From: Thermodesulfobacteriota bacterium
Lineage (GTDB): Bacteria > Desulfobacterota_D > UBA1144 > Nemesobacterales > Nemesobacteraceae
Length of the DNA: 64,000 bases
Direction of reading: 5' to 3'
Assembly: GCA_965204795.1 (NCBI GenBank)
Contig: OZ242012.1
Coordinates: 595,639-659,638 of the forward strand
Shown: positions 1 to 9,005 of the stretch, in pieces
How the letters are laid out: each line of letters starts with the position of its first letter
Position numbering within the stretch: position 1 is the stretch's first letter
Made by a program: the position numbers and the translations under genes
The notes under the pieces: generated by a model
Seen by the model: the letters and a program-made list of their open reading frames with translations, nothing else
Database searches by the model: none
Told to the model about the DNA's origin: nothing

Positions 1-3000
1 TTCCTTGTCTCCGTTGAACTCGTTGCGGTAGAGGGTTCCCAGTGCTTCGGCTGTACTTCGGGGAGCTGAGTTCATGCGCATCAAAACGGCGTCTTCGGAC
101 CGGACGCCATGGTATACCATTGCCGGAAGAACATTGATCTTGAAACGCTCCTGCTCCGACATCTGGTCGAAATTTATCCCTGAAACCTGTCTTAACGCGG
201 ACAGGCCCCAAGTGCCGTTGTTGACGATCGCGCGATAGATCGCCATGCAGGTTTTTGTCAGAGCATCGGTGTCAAGCTGGTTTTCGCTTTGGGTGAAATA
301 TTCTTTCGCAATATCTCCCAGACGTTTTCCCTCCACCCAGTCAAGAGTAATCTCGGATATGCGCTTGTTACCGAATCCACTCCCGGCGATTTTTTCTAGG
401 GGTTGTCCAATTTGTTTTATGTTGAGCATTACGCCGAACAAGTCCGCGATCTTGCCGCCGTCGCCGAACAGTTTGTCCGGCATCCAGTCCGAGGACGAGA
501 GTCCCTTTTCAAGGTTGCCGAGATCTTTCATGGCCTGCCTGACGCTTTCCGGGGAAAATCCCGTTGAATCGGCAAGCTCTGCTACTCCGTGCGGCATTTT
601 CGCCAGTTCATGTACATATATTTTCGTTGCTTTCAGCAGGGCTTCCGCCTTTTCGATACGGGAGTCCCTGCGAAGACACCTATAGCCGTAAGTCTGGCGA
701 AGGATGTTTTCCGAGTCGGACAGAACAGCCTCAAGGTTTTTCTTTTCCGCCCAGAGATGGGCTATGTAGCAACGGAAGTCCTCCCATTGATCTTGCCAGA
801 AGACCTCAGACAGGTTGTCTAGAGAACCTTGCTCCGCGAGATTGTCGATCAGGGTTACGAGGCGCGAAACCAGCTCCCCGGTGTTGCGTTTCACAAACTC
901 TACGATTTCCTCCCGGCTGTTTCCTTGAGCTATTCCTACAACGCCGACGGTATCGTGGTCAATGCGCCCGGCTCTTCCCGCGAGGTTCCAGAACTCGCGC
1001 GGTTCCATGGGAACCGGACGACTGCGATTCTTGGGTATTAGATGAGATGCGAGAAAGACCGAAGAAACCGGAAAATTTATTCCTTGGGAAATCGTTGAAG
1101 TGGCGCAGAGAACCCTAATATCTCCCGACTCGGCGAGCCACTCGATCAGGGAACGTACTTCGTCGGAAAGTCCGGCGTGGTGAACTCCGACGCCATGACT
1201 CAGCATGGAAACCAGTTCAAAATCGGGACTGATTTCTGTTTTCAGGAAATCCTGAACGAGGCGCACGTTATCAGGGACCGTTTCATACTGGGGAAGAGCT
1301 TGCACCACGTCTCTGGCCATCTTCCAGGCCAGGTCGCGACGGTTGGTCACGGCGACGCTGGTTGCGTTGCTGGACTTGCGACCGGAAAGCACTGCCGCCA
1401 TTGCCGCCGTCTGCGTAGTAAAACCCTTCTGGTCTCCTTTTGCATCAATGACCTTACTGCGAGCGACAGACGGGATGGGACGAACATCTCCAACGAAATG
1501 GTTTCCGCATAGTGGCATGGCTTTTTCTGTGGCAGTGAGGGTTTCATATTCAAGACGCCAGCCTGCGCGCTCGTCGTCGTCCTTAACGGCTCTGTAAATT
1601 CCAATGATCCGCTCGTTGGGTTTCCAGGTCGTGGTGCCCAGGCTGATCGCCCTGCCTGCGTTGATGTCTTGGGCCAGCCAGCGGGCTATCGGTTCTATGT
1701 CGTCTACATAGGGCATCAGAAGCAGGAAGTTAGCCTGCGAGCAGTCTTGTTTAACAGTCGCCAATAGAAGTTCAATCCGAAGCCCGCGACCTTCCGCTTC
1801 AAGATTGTGCGCTTCGTCCATGACGACCAGTGCTAGCGTTCGCTCGACTTTTTTATTTCGTATTACCAGAGAGAGTTTTTCGGGCGTGGCGACAAGCACG
1901 TCGAAGGATTTCCCGTCGGTTAGGATTTGCTCTTCAAACGCATCCACTTCAACCGCGGCCGTAAGTTGTTCTACCTTGATGTTGATCGGTTCGAAATCGC
2001 GGCGCAGACGACGGGTGATCTGAGATGAGAGTGCGCGGGTGGGGGCGACGTAAGCCACCCATCCTCTGTCCGCGAACTGGTTCAGGGCCTGGAGGATGCG
2101 GAATTGCGCCAGAAGGGTTTTCCCTCCGGAAGTGGGAAGTTCTACCACGATGGCCGTCTTGGCCTGATCCAAGAGTCCCTGCTCGAGAAGGGCGGCGCGC
2201 TGTGGTGGCAGAAGTTCAAACAAAGACCGGTGGCTTTCCCGCTTTGTTAGGGATCTTACGAAGTCTGTCGTTCTTGAGTTGACTGTGCGGGTCGCCCACC
2301 AAAGCGAGTTGGTCACCATTATTCTGCTGGAGGCGTGCAACCAGCGAAGAACAATCTCGTGTTGGATATCTCCCGACTCCGCGGCTGCCCTGATGCCAGC
2401 CTCAAAGTGTTTTTCGACTTGGCTGAATATATCTGCCGGTTCTCCCTGCAACATGTAGTGTGCCAGTGTTTCCGATGCCTTGGCCCAGTGATACATCGCC
2501 ACAAGGCGCAAAGCTGTTGAGTGGGCACCGTTCTCGGAGCCATTTACTAGGCAAGACTTTTCGTAAGTTTTCTGATCGTTGCGCAGACCTGCGACAATCT
2601 CTCTGATGCGGTCGAGGTCGTCCCAGCCCTCTTTTCTGAACAGTCTTGTCCAGCAGTCGAACAGGCGATACAGAAGACGAAAGTCCCATGGTGCTTTCGC
2701 CGCACTAGGTACCTTCAGCGCTTCATGATTTTCGTTGTACCATCGGCGCAGGTCGGACCAGCGGTCGCCGCAATACGCGAGAGCCGAAAGCCGAAACACG
2801 AAGAACATGCGTTCGTGCGTTTCTTCAGGTACCTGAAGAGTACGATATATGTTAAAGGCTTTGTACGATGCGGCGACTGCCTGCTTGCGAAGTTGGTCGT
2901 CGCCGCCGGATGCGGTGCTGATTTCCTCAAGACCTTCGACCGCGGCCATCTCGTGGGCCAAAGCGACTCTTTCAAGCAGGGTATCGTCGCCTTCTGCCGG

Positions 3001-3150
3001 ACCGAAAGAAAACTCAATCTGATTTCCAACTGCTTTCTGCGCTAGACGTTGATTTACGAGGTCGTCGGCACGGCCCAAGTCTTCCTTCTTAATTGAGGAC
3101 ACGGCCCAGTGGGCGTTGAGAAGATTGAAGTCTTCTTGGGAAAGGCTCAT
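1..3150 (-). CDS. Large SF2 DExH-box helicase (HamB-like candidate). C-terminal part lies beyond the left window edge, with over 1045 aa in the window.
   Basis: Reverse-strand translation from ATG (plus-strand cat at 3148-3150) is open to position 1. Motifs seen: ELPTSGGKT (Walker A), VVMDEAHNLE (DEAH), ATSTISQGINFP, AGRAGR (motif VI). The ORF track lists no minus ORF here because no stop occurs inside the window. Start overlaps the upstream gene's stop (ATGA). Confidence 0.8.
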   Translation of the reverse strand, partial: MSLSQEDFNLLNAHWAVSSIKKEDLGRADDLVNQRLAQKAVGNQIEFSFGPAEGDDTLLERVALAHEMAAVEGLEEISTASGGDDQLRKQAVAASYKAFNIYRTLQVPEETHERMFFVFRLSALAYCGDRWSDLRRWYNENHEALKVPSAAKAPWDFRLLYRLFDCWTRLFRKEGWDDLDRIREIVAGLRNDQKTYEKSCLVNGSENGAHSTALRLVAMYHWAKASETLAHYMLQGEPADIFSQVEKHFEAGIRAAAESGDIQHEIVLRWLHASSRIMVTNSLWWATRTVNSRTTDFVRSLTKRESHRSLFELLPPQRAALLEQGLLDQAKTAIVVELPTSGGKTLLAQFRILQALNQFADRGWVAYVAPTRALSSQITRRLRRDFEPINIKVEQLTAAVEVDAFEEQILTDGKSFDVLVATPEKLSLVIRNKKVERTLALVVMDEAHNLEAEGRGLRIELLLATVKQDCSQANFLLLMPYVDDIEPIARWLAQDINAGRAISLGTTTWKPNERIIGIYRAVKDDDERAGWRLEYETLTATEKAMPLCGNHFVGDVRPIPSVARSKVIDAKGDQKGFTTQTAAMAAVLSGRKSSNATSVAVTNRRDLAWKMARDVVQALPQYETVPDNVRLVQDFLKTEISPDFELVSMLSHGVGVHHAGLSDEVRSLIEWLAESGDIRVLCATSTISQGINFPVSSVFLASHLIPKNRSRPVPMEPREFWNLAGRAGRIDHDTVGVVGIAQGNSREEIVEFVKRNTGELVSRLVTLIDNLAEQGSLDNLSEVFWQDQWEDFRCYIAHLWAEKKNLEAVLSDSENILRQTYGYRCLRRDSRIEKAEALLKATKIYVHELAKMPHGVAELADSTGFSPESVRQAMKDLGNLEKGLSSSDWMPDKLFGDGGKIADLFGVMLNIKQIGQPLEKIAGSGFGNKRISEITLDWVEGKRLGDIAKEYFTQSENQLDTDALTKTCMAIYRAIVNNGTWGLSALRQVSGINFDQMSEQERFKINVLPAMVYHGVRSEDAVLMRMNSAPRSTAEALGTLYRNEFNGDKE

Positions 3151-4034
3151 CGCTTACTCTCCGACCGTTGGGAAACCGTTTTGTTGCCAAGGTTAGCGAT
3201 CTCGCCACACGGTATATAGACCGCAAGAAATTCTATGCGGGTTTCCTCTGGACAGTCGTCCACCAGTTCGTCCACTCCCTTTTGTATATCCCTGACGTCG
3301 GGCTTAACATCGCGGACCAGAACACCGTAAATTTGTACATCGGAGTTGTTTTTTAGAAACCGTTTGCCTGCGGATTGGAATCTCGGTTTCCACTCGGCGT
3401 GCTTGGCCCGGACTCCCAGATACTTGAAAAGGTCTTTGCGTATGGAATCCCCGTCGCGCAGGTTTGTCAGTTGTCGATTCAAGCCGCCCGCGTCGTCGTA
3501 CATAACTTTTGGCGGATATCTTTTCTCGTTTGATGTCTTTACCTCGCCGAAAGCTAGACAATCGCCGTTGTCGTCAATTCCAAGACCCACGAGGTCCGTG
3601 CCCGGAAGGCTTGATCCGCTTTTTCTTTTGTCGCGGTCCGAAGGCCAAGGAAACGTGCAGGAGCGATAGTGTGTCAGATAAGTGTCGGCGATAGCTTCCC
3701 CGACTCTCCAGCCATCAACTTCGTTAGGGTCGCGGAGGGCATCTTCAATTCCAGCGGTTTCGAATTCGGTTTCACCGAGTGTTTCCCTGATGCCAGACTT
3801 GCCCTCTTCGTCAAACAGGATGGAGGCAACCGGTCCTTTGATGGCTTCATCAAGTTCTTCACGCGTCCAGACAACTCCTGTTCCGTGACAGGGTGGCCGC
3901 CCGTGAGTATAAACTTCTTTTCCGGCAGGCAAGCTCACGTCGGCGACTCCGTCCGGTTTCCCGCGTGCGCAGGATGGTTTTTGCCAGAGACAAATCCGGG
4001 TCTGGGTGAGTGCATGTTGTCCGTTGCGGCGCAA
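3147..4034 (-). CDS. HamA-like small protein (DUF1837-like by recollection), a putative PD-(D/E)xK nuclease-fold effector partner of the helicase.
   Basis: 295-aa ORF whose TGA overlaps the helicase ATG (ATGA coupling). Contains D...FGEVK (D-x(n)-ExK-like) and an AT-rich promoter region upstream at 4035-4448. The family call is from architecture (small ORF plus DExH helicase), not from alignment. Confidence 0.45.
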   Translation of the reverse strand: MRRNGQHALTQTRICLWQKPSCARGKPDGVADVSLPAGKEVYTHGRPPCHGTGVVWTREELDEAIKGPVASILFDEEGKSGIRETLGETEFETAGIEDALRDPNEVDGWRVGEAIADTYLTHYRSCTFPWPSDRDKRKSGSSLPGTDLVGLGIDDNGDCLAFGEVKTSNEKRYPPKVMYDDAGGLNRQLTNLRDGDSIRKDLFKYLGVRAKHAEWKPRFQSAGKRFLKNNSDVQIYGVLVRDVKPDVRDIQKGVDELVDDCPEETRIEFLAVYIPCGEIANLGNKTVSQRSESKR

Positions 4035-4448
4035 CGACTGACTTCGTGGACATCGGAGACGACAACTTTCGTCGTTATAAGCTCCGTATTCACGGAAAGT
4101 CGTGCAATGGACTCTGAAGCAATCCTAATTTTGTGGCAGTTCATCGTGTTCCGATTGCAAGCCTTCAGGCAAAGAAGCTGTTTCCCGCCCGGTTTTTATC
4201 GAAGGTATGTCAATATCCCGCTGGCTGTAGTGTTTGTGAAGGACGAAAGATTTTTCAGGTACAAAAGGTTGGATTCCTTTCATCAAGTTCTTGAAACTCT
4301 TTTTCGCTCTGGACAGTTTTTTAGATGCTTTCTTGATTGATCGAGGTTTTCTTTCTGCTTCCCTCTTTGCGAATCTATAAAATGATAATACCAATGTGCT
4401 TGGAATTCAAACGAGTATCTTCAAAGTCCCTTCCCCCATCGGATCAAC

Positions 4449-5987
4449 TCATTTCTCGTCTTCCTTTATTCTGGAAAAAAGATTTTCTCCCTTTTTTACT
4501 CCTGTACCGGCCTTGGTGTATCCCCAATCGGTACTCGCGGGACCCGCCTCCGAAGAAAGACCGAGCTTGGTACGGATTTCCCGGGAAGTCTCCGGAAGGA
4601 AGGGATAGATGAGAAGGGAGATTCCCCTTACGCTCTCGGCGAGCGTCCAGAGCACCGTCCCGAGCCGTTCGCGCTGTTTTTCCTCTTTTGCGAGTTTCCA
4701 CGGAGCGGCGTTGTCCACGTACCTGTTTACGAGCCCTATGAATTCCCATATAGCCGAAAGCGCCCTGCTGAACGCCAGTTCTTCGAGATGCCCGGCGACC
4801 CGCTCCGCCGTTTCGCCGTAAGCCTTCTCTATTTCCCTTTCGCCCTCCGACGGCTCTCCGGGTCTCGGAACGGCTCCCCCGAAGTATCTCTCTATCATTC
4901 CCAGGGAGCGGCTCACCAGGTTTCCGAGATCGTTCGCGAGATCTCCGTTTACCCTTCCCACGAGCGATTTCCTCGAGTAGTCCCCGTCCTGTCCGAAAGG
5001 TATTTCCCGAAACAGGAAGTAGCGGAATATCTCGGAACCGAATTCCTCCACCACCCTGTACGGGTCCACCACGTTTCCGAGCGACTTGGACATCTTCTCC
5101 CCCTCGACCGTCCACCATCCGTGGGCGAACACCGTTTTCGGAAGCGGGAGTCCCGCCGACATCAGAAAAGCTGGCCAGTAGACGGCGTGGAACCTCAGTA
5201 TGTCCTTTCCCACGAGGTGCATGTCCGCGGGCCAGAACTTCCCGAAGTTCCCGTCTTTTTCCGGAAAACCCAGGGACGTGAGGTAGTTTGTGAGGGCGTC
5301 GAACCACACGTAGATCACGTGATCTTCCGATCCCGGAACCGGGATCCCCCACGAGAAATCGGTCCGGCTCACGCTGAGGTCCCGAAGACCTCCCTCGACG
5401 AAGCTCACCACCTCGTTTCTCCTGTAGTCCGGCTTTACGAACTCGGGATGCTCCGCGTAGTGGCGGAGAAGCGGTTCCTGGTATCTTGAGAGGCGAAAGA
5501 AGTAGCTTTCCTCCTTTATCTTTTCGAGCTTCGGGCGGCTTTGCTCGGGAAGCTTCATCAGTTCTTCGACCTGGGTCTCGGTTACGAACGACTCGTTTCT
5601 GACGTCGTACCAGCCCTCGTATTCGTCGAGGTATATGTCCCCGCTTTTTTCCACCAGCCTCCATATTTCGCGGACCGCTTCCCTGTGGCGGGGCTCCGTG
5701 GTCCTTATGAAGTCGGTGTTCGATATTCCCAGGAGTTTCCAGAGGTCTTCAAACTTTCGAACGACCCTGTCGGCAAGCTCTGCGGGAGCCTCTCCGCTGG
5801 CTTCGGCGGTCTGCTCTATCTTTCTTCCGTGCTCGTCCGTCCCCGTCAGAAAATAGACTTCGTGTCCCGAGGCGGACCTGTGTCTCGCGATCGCGTCGGC
5901 CGCTATGGTGGTGTAGGCGTGGCCTATGTGCGGCACGTCGTTCACGTAGTATATGGGGGTCGTGACGTAGAAGCGTTTTTCATCCAT
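4449..5987 (-). CDS. metG: Methionyl-tRNA synthetase (short form, no C-terminal tRNA-binding extension)
   Basis: HIGH motif (PHIGHAYT), KMSKS, class I core; 512 aa. Confidence 0.95.
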   Translation of the reverse strand: MDEKRFYVTTPIYYVNDVPHIGHAYTTIAADAIARHRSASGHEVYFLTGTDEHGRKIEQTAEASGEAPAELADRVVRKFEDLWKLLGISNTDFIRTTEPRHREAVREIWRLVEKSGDIYLDEYEGWYDVRNESFVTETQVEELMKLPEQSRPKLEKIKEESYFFRLSRYQEPLLRHYAEHPEFVKPDYRRNEVVSFVEGGLRDLSVSRTDFSWGIPVPGSEDHVIYVWFDALTNYLTSLGFPEKDGNFGKFWPADMHLVGKDILRFHAVYWPAFLMSAGLPLPKTVFAHGWWTVEGEKMSKSLGNVVDPYRVVEEFGSEIFRYFLFREIPFGQDGDYSRKSLVGRVNGDLANDLGNLVSRSLGMIERYFGGAVPRPGEPSEGEREIEKAYGETAERVAGHLEELAFSRALSAIWEFIGLVNRYVDNAAPWKLAKEEKQRERLGTVLWTLAESVRGISLLIYPFLPETSREIRTKLGLSSEAGPASTDWGYTKAGTGVKKGENLFSRIKEDEK

Positions 5988-6145
5988 GGTTTCTCCCTTC
6001 TGGTCGGAAGGCCGCAGCTGCGATTAATAAAACACAATCGCCCCGTATTTCAATCACCGGCCGGTTCGGCTCCGAATGTACGTGCCTTTGATTTTTCAAC
6101 AATTAAAGCTATAATAATAACTGTTAAACAGGTAAAAATAAGATA

Positions 6146-6457
6146 ATGGATACTAAAATATCTTTTAATATGCTGTCGTCGCAGGAAATCCTGAAGGAGA
6201 TCTCTTCCCGCCTCAGAAGCCGCCGCCTCGCCCGCAACCTGACCCAGAAGGGGCTTGCGCGAAGAAGCGGGGTGGCGCTGGGCACTCTCAAGAAGTTTGA
6301 AAGCACCGGGCGCATCTCCCTGGCTTCCTTTGTCCGTCTGGCGGTCGCCCTGAAGGACGAAGCCGCCCTGGAAGGGCTTTTGCTCGAAGAAGAGTTCAGA
6401 ACTCTCGAAGACGTTATGAGGGCGGAAAGAAAACCCAGAAGGGGACGCATCACGTGA
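6146..6457 (+). CDS. hipB: HTH XRE-family regulator, HipB-like antitoxin
   Basis: 103 aa with helix-turn-helix (RNLTQKGLARRSGVALGTLKKFE). Its stop overlaps the downstream hipA start. Confidence 0.75.
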   Translation: MDTKISFNMLSSQEILKEISSRLRSRRLARNLTQKGLARRSGVALGTLKKFESTGRISLASFVRLAVALKDEAALEGLLLEEEFRTLEDVMRAERKPRRGRIT

Positions 6458-7698
6458 AAATCGCTCCGGGAACCCCGCTTGATGTATTCCTGCGCTGGGA
6501 CGCGGACGACGTTCAGCAGGTCGGCAGGCTCGCCTACAGGGACCGGGTCGCCTACCTTGAGTACGACGAGGATTTCATCAGGTCCGGACTTGAGATTTCG
6601 CCCGTCCGCCACGAACCCGAAGCGGGACTTTCGCGGCCGTACGTGGCGGACGTTTTCGAGGGTCTCCACGGAGCGTTCAACGACAGTCTTCCGGACGGCT
6701 GGGGGCGGCTGCTCGCGGACCGGCGGGCCCGCCAGCTCGGAACAGAACCGGAAACGCTCACGCCGCTTGACCGCCTCGCGTGCGTCGGAAGCGACGGAAT
6801 AGGGGCGTTGTGCTATTCGCCTTCCGTCGAGGCGTGGGAGGAGGGTGAAAACCTGGTTGACCTGGACCGGCTGGCCGCCGGTTCGAGACTGGTTCTCGAA
6901 GGGGAAGTCGGCGAAGTGCTCTCGGTTCTCGGGCGTGCCGGAGGTTCTCCCGCGGGGGCGCGCCCCAAGGCCCTTGTGGCTCTCGGAGACGACGGCCGCG
7001 CGGTCCACGGAACGGACGAAGCGCCCTTGTCGTACGAGCACTACCTGGTCAAGTTTCGGGGACGGGGAGACCCGTGGGACACGGCCGCGGTGGAAAAGGC
7101 GTACTCCGCGATGGCCGAATGTTCGGGAGTCGAGGTTCCCGAGACGAGACTGCTTGAGGGTCGCGACGGAAATCTTTTCTTCGCGAGTCGCCGGTTCGAC
7201 AGGGAAGGGAGCCGTCGCCTTCACGTTCATTCCGCGAGCGGGCTGCTGTATTCGGACATTCGATTTCCCGCGCTCGATTACGGGGACCTTGTTCTGCTTA
7301 CCCGAATCGTGACGGGCGACCATCGTGAATGCAGGAAAATGTTCGCGCTGGCCGTCTTCAACGTCCTGTCGCACAACCGCGACGACCACGCCCGGCAGTT
7401 CAGTTTCATTATGACGCGCGACGGCGCATGGAGACTCGCTCCGGCCTACGACCTTACGTGTTCGCCGGGTCCCGGCGGGCAGCACTCGACTTCCGTTCTC
7501 GGGCGTGGCGGGGACGTTACGCGACAGTGCCTCGTCGAGCTTGGACTGAAGGCGGATATGGAACGTGCGGAAGTCTCCCGGGTCATCAAGCGGGTTGAAT
7601 ACGGCGTTTCAAAATGGCCGGCGTTTGCCCGGGAGTGCGGGGTCGGCGGCGACTCGACGCGCGAAACAGCCCGCTTTCTCGACGAAGCGAGACTTTGA
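6454..7698 (+). CDS. hipA: HipA-family serine/threonine kinase toxin
   Basis: 414 aa. N-terminal HipA coupling domain with LPDGWGRLL. C-terminal kinase-like motif NVLSHNRDDHARQFSF. Four-nt overlap with hipB. Confidence 0.85.
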   Translation: MKIAPGTPLDVFLRWDADDVQQVGRLAYRDRVAYLEYDEDFIRSGLEISPVRHEPEAGLSRPYVADVFEGLHGAFNDSLPDGWGRLLADRRARQLGTEPETLTPLDRLACVGSDGIGALCYSPSVEAWEEGENLVDLDRLAAGSRLVLEGEVGEVLSVLGRAGGSPAGARPKALVALGDDGRAVHGTDEAPLSYEHYLVKFRGRGDPWDTAAVEKAYSAMAECSGVEVPETRLLEGRDGNLFFASRRFDREGSRRLHVHSASGLLYSDIRFPALDYGDLVLLTRIVTGDHRECRKMFALAVFNVLSHNRDDHARQFSFIMTRDGAWRLAPAYDLTCSPGPGGQHSTSVLGRGGDVTRQCLVELGLKADMERAEVSRVIKRVEYGVSKWPAFARECGVGGDSTRETARFLDEARL

Positions 7699-7748
7699 GG
7701 TGATTCCGGCCGCCCGGTTCGACCGGGAACCGGACCCGCCCGGGCTTT

Positions 7749-7922
7749 CTAGGAATTCGTCCCGCTTTCCCGTTTTTCGGTTTCTCTCTCGAACCATTCT
7801 ATCGCCCGAAGCACCTGTTCGGCTTCCTCGTGCTCGGAAGATTCGCGAAGCGCGCGGCGCTTTTCATGAAGAATGTCGTAAATCGTGTCGTAAATGTCCG
7901 CGGGGACGCTCTTTTTGCTCAT
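7749..7922 (-). CDS. Small hypothetical protein (57 aa)
   Basis: ORF MSKKSVPADIYDTIYDILHEKRRALRESSEHEEAEQVL... with GGAG Shine-Dalgarno 7 nt upstream. It falls below the ORF-track size cutoff. Confidence 0.3.
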   Translation of the reverse strand: MSKKSVPADIYDTIYDILHEKRRALRESSEHEEAEQVLRAIEWFERETEKRESGTNS

Positions 7923-7967
7923 GCCGTCTCTCCTTTAACCTGTTTTCAAGTTCCCATGCGTTTTATC

Positions 7968-8963
7968 CTAACGGGAAAACCGCAGAAGAAGATTCTCGAG
8001 GGAGACTTCGACGTTCGCGTTGTTGCCGGAAATCCTCTCCATGGTCTCCTCGAGGGCGCGGAACTTCTCGAGAAGCTCCCCCACGTCCCTTTTCTCCGCG
8101 TATTCCCCGATCTGCTCGAACATGTCGGCGTTCGTCATCTTCTCCCTGTCGCCGGAAGTCTTTAGAACTATCGAGTCCCGTATCCACGAGGAGAGAACGT
8201 CGAAAACGGTTCCGAGTTCCCCGGGACCTCCTCCCTTTATCTCCTTCCGGATTCTCTCCACCGAGTCGAAAAGCGTGAGCGGCTTTTTCGCGTCCACCCG
8301 CGCGGCGCAGCGAAGGTACTCGGTTCTTTTCCTCATGTAGTCCTCGTCCGTGCCCAGGGCCTTGCCGATGCTTCCTCCCGATATCCTGGAAACGAGGCCG
8401 GGATTTTCCTCTTCCGGTTTTTCGCTTTCGAGAAACTCCCTCACTTCTTCTTCCGCAAGCGGCTGGAACACGACCGCCTGGCATCTGGACCTTATGGTCG
8501 GGATGAGCGCGTCCGCCAGGGCGGTTATCAGGATTATCACGGAATTTTTCGGCGGTTCCTCGAGCGTTTTCAGAAAAGCGTTCTGGGCGTTGAAGTTCAT
8601 CCTCTCCGCGCCGTCCACTATGAAGACCTTGTACGGGTTCTCGTAGGGGGAGAGATGCACCACGTTCTCTATGTCTTCTCTCACGTGGCCTACCTTTATG
8701 GTCTTTTCGTCGGGATACTCGAAGAGGTGAACGTCGGGATTGAGTCCCCTTTCGGTTTTCGAGCAGGAAAGGCACCCGCAGTCTCCGCCTTTTCCGCCGG
8801 GCTCCGCGCAGTTCACAAGCTTCGCGAACCCGAGAGCCACGCGCTTTTTCCCCACCCCTTCCGGTCCGCAGAAAAGGTAGGCGTGAGCGACGCGGTTTTT
8901 CGCTACGCAGCTAGCGAGAAACTCCTTCTGGGAGTCGTGTCCTCTTACGGCGCAAAAGCCCAT
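7968..8963 (-). CDS. holB: DNA polymerase III delta-prime subunit
   Basis: AAA+ clamp-loader signature HAYLFCGPEGVGKK, zinc module CGCLSC, SRC-like TIRSRCQ. Confidence 0.85.
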   Translation of the reverse strand: MGFCAVRGHDSQKEFLASCVAKNRVAHAYLFCGPEGVGKKRVALGFAKLVNCAEPGGKGGDCGCLSCSKTERGLNPDVHLFEYPDEKTIKVGHVREDIENVVHLSPYENPYKVFIVDGAERMNFNAQNAFLKTLEEPPKNSVIILITALADALIPTIRSRCQAVVFQPLAEEEVREFLESEKPEEENPGLVSRISGGSIGKALGTDEDYMRKRTEYLRCAARVDAKKPLTLFDSVERIRKEIKGGGPGELGTVFDVLSSWIRDSIVLKTSGDREKMTNADMFEQIGEYAEKRDVGELLEKFRALEETMERISGNNANVEVSLENLLLRFSR

Positions 8964-9005
8964 GAACCTCTATCTTACCGGCAAGGCTTCAGGTTCTCCA
9001 CAGTT

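Noticed and set aside
4444-5664. Long antisense/out-of-frame ORFs in the supplied track (for example 4444-5664 minus, 8989-10230 minus, 9054-10388 plus, 14734-16641 plus, 15592-16105 minus, 35012-36205 plus, 55082-56212 minus, 61245-62438 minus, 61598-62731 plus)
   Set aside because: These are Arg/Gly/Pro-rich translations typical of high-GC shadow frames and overlap well-supported genes (metG, YdiJ-like, acs, prfA/hemX-like, trmFO, adhesin) in another frame or on the opposite strand.
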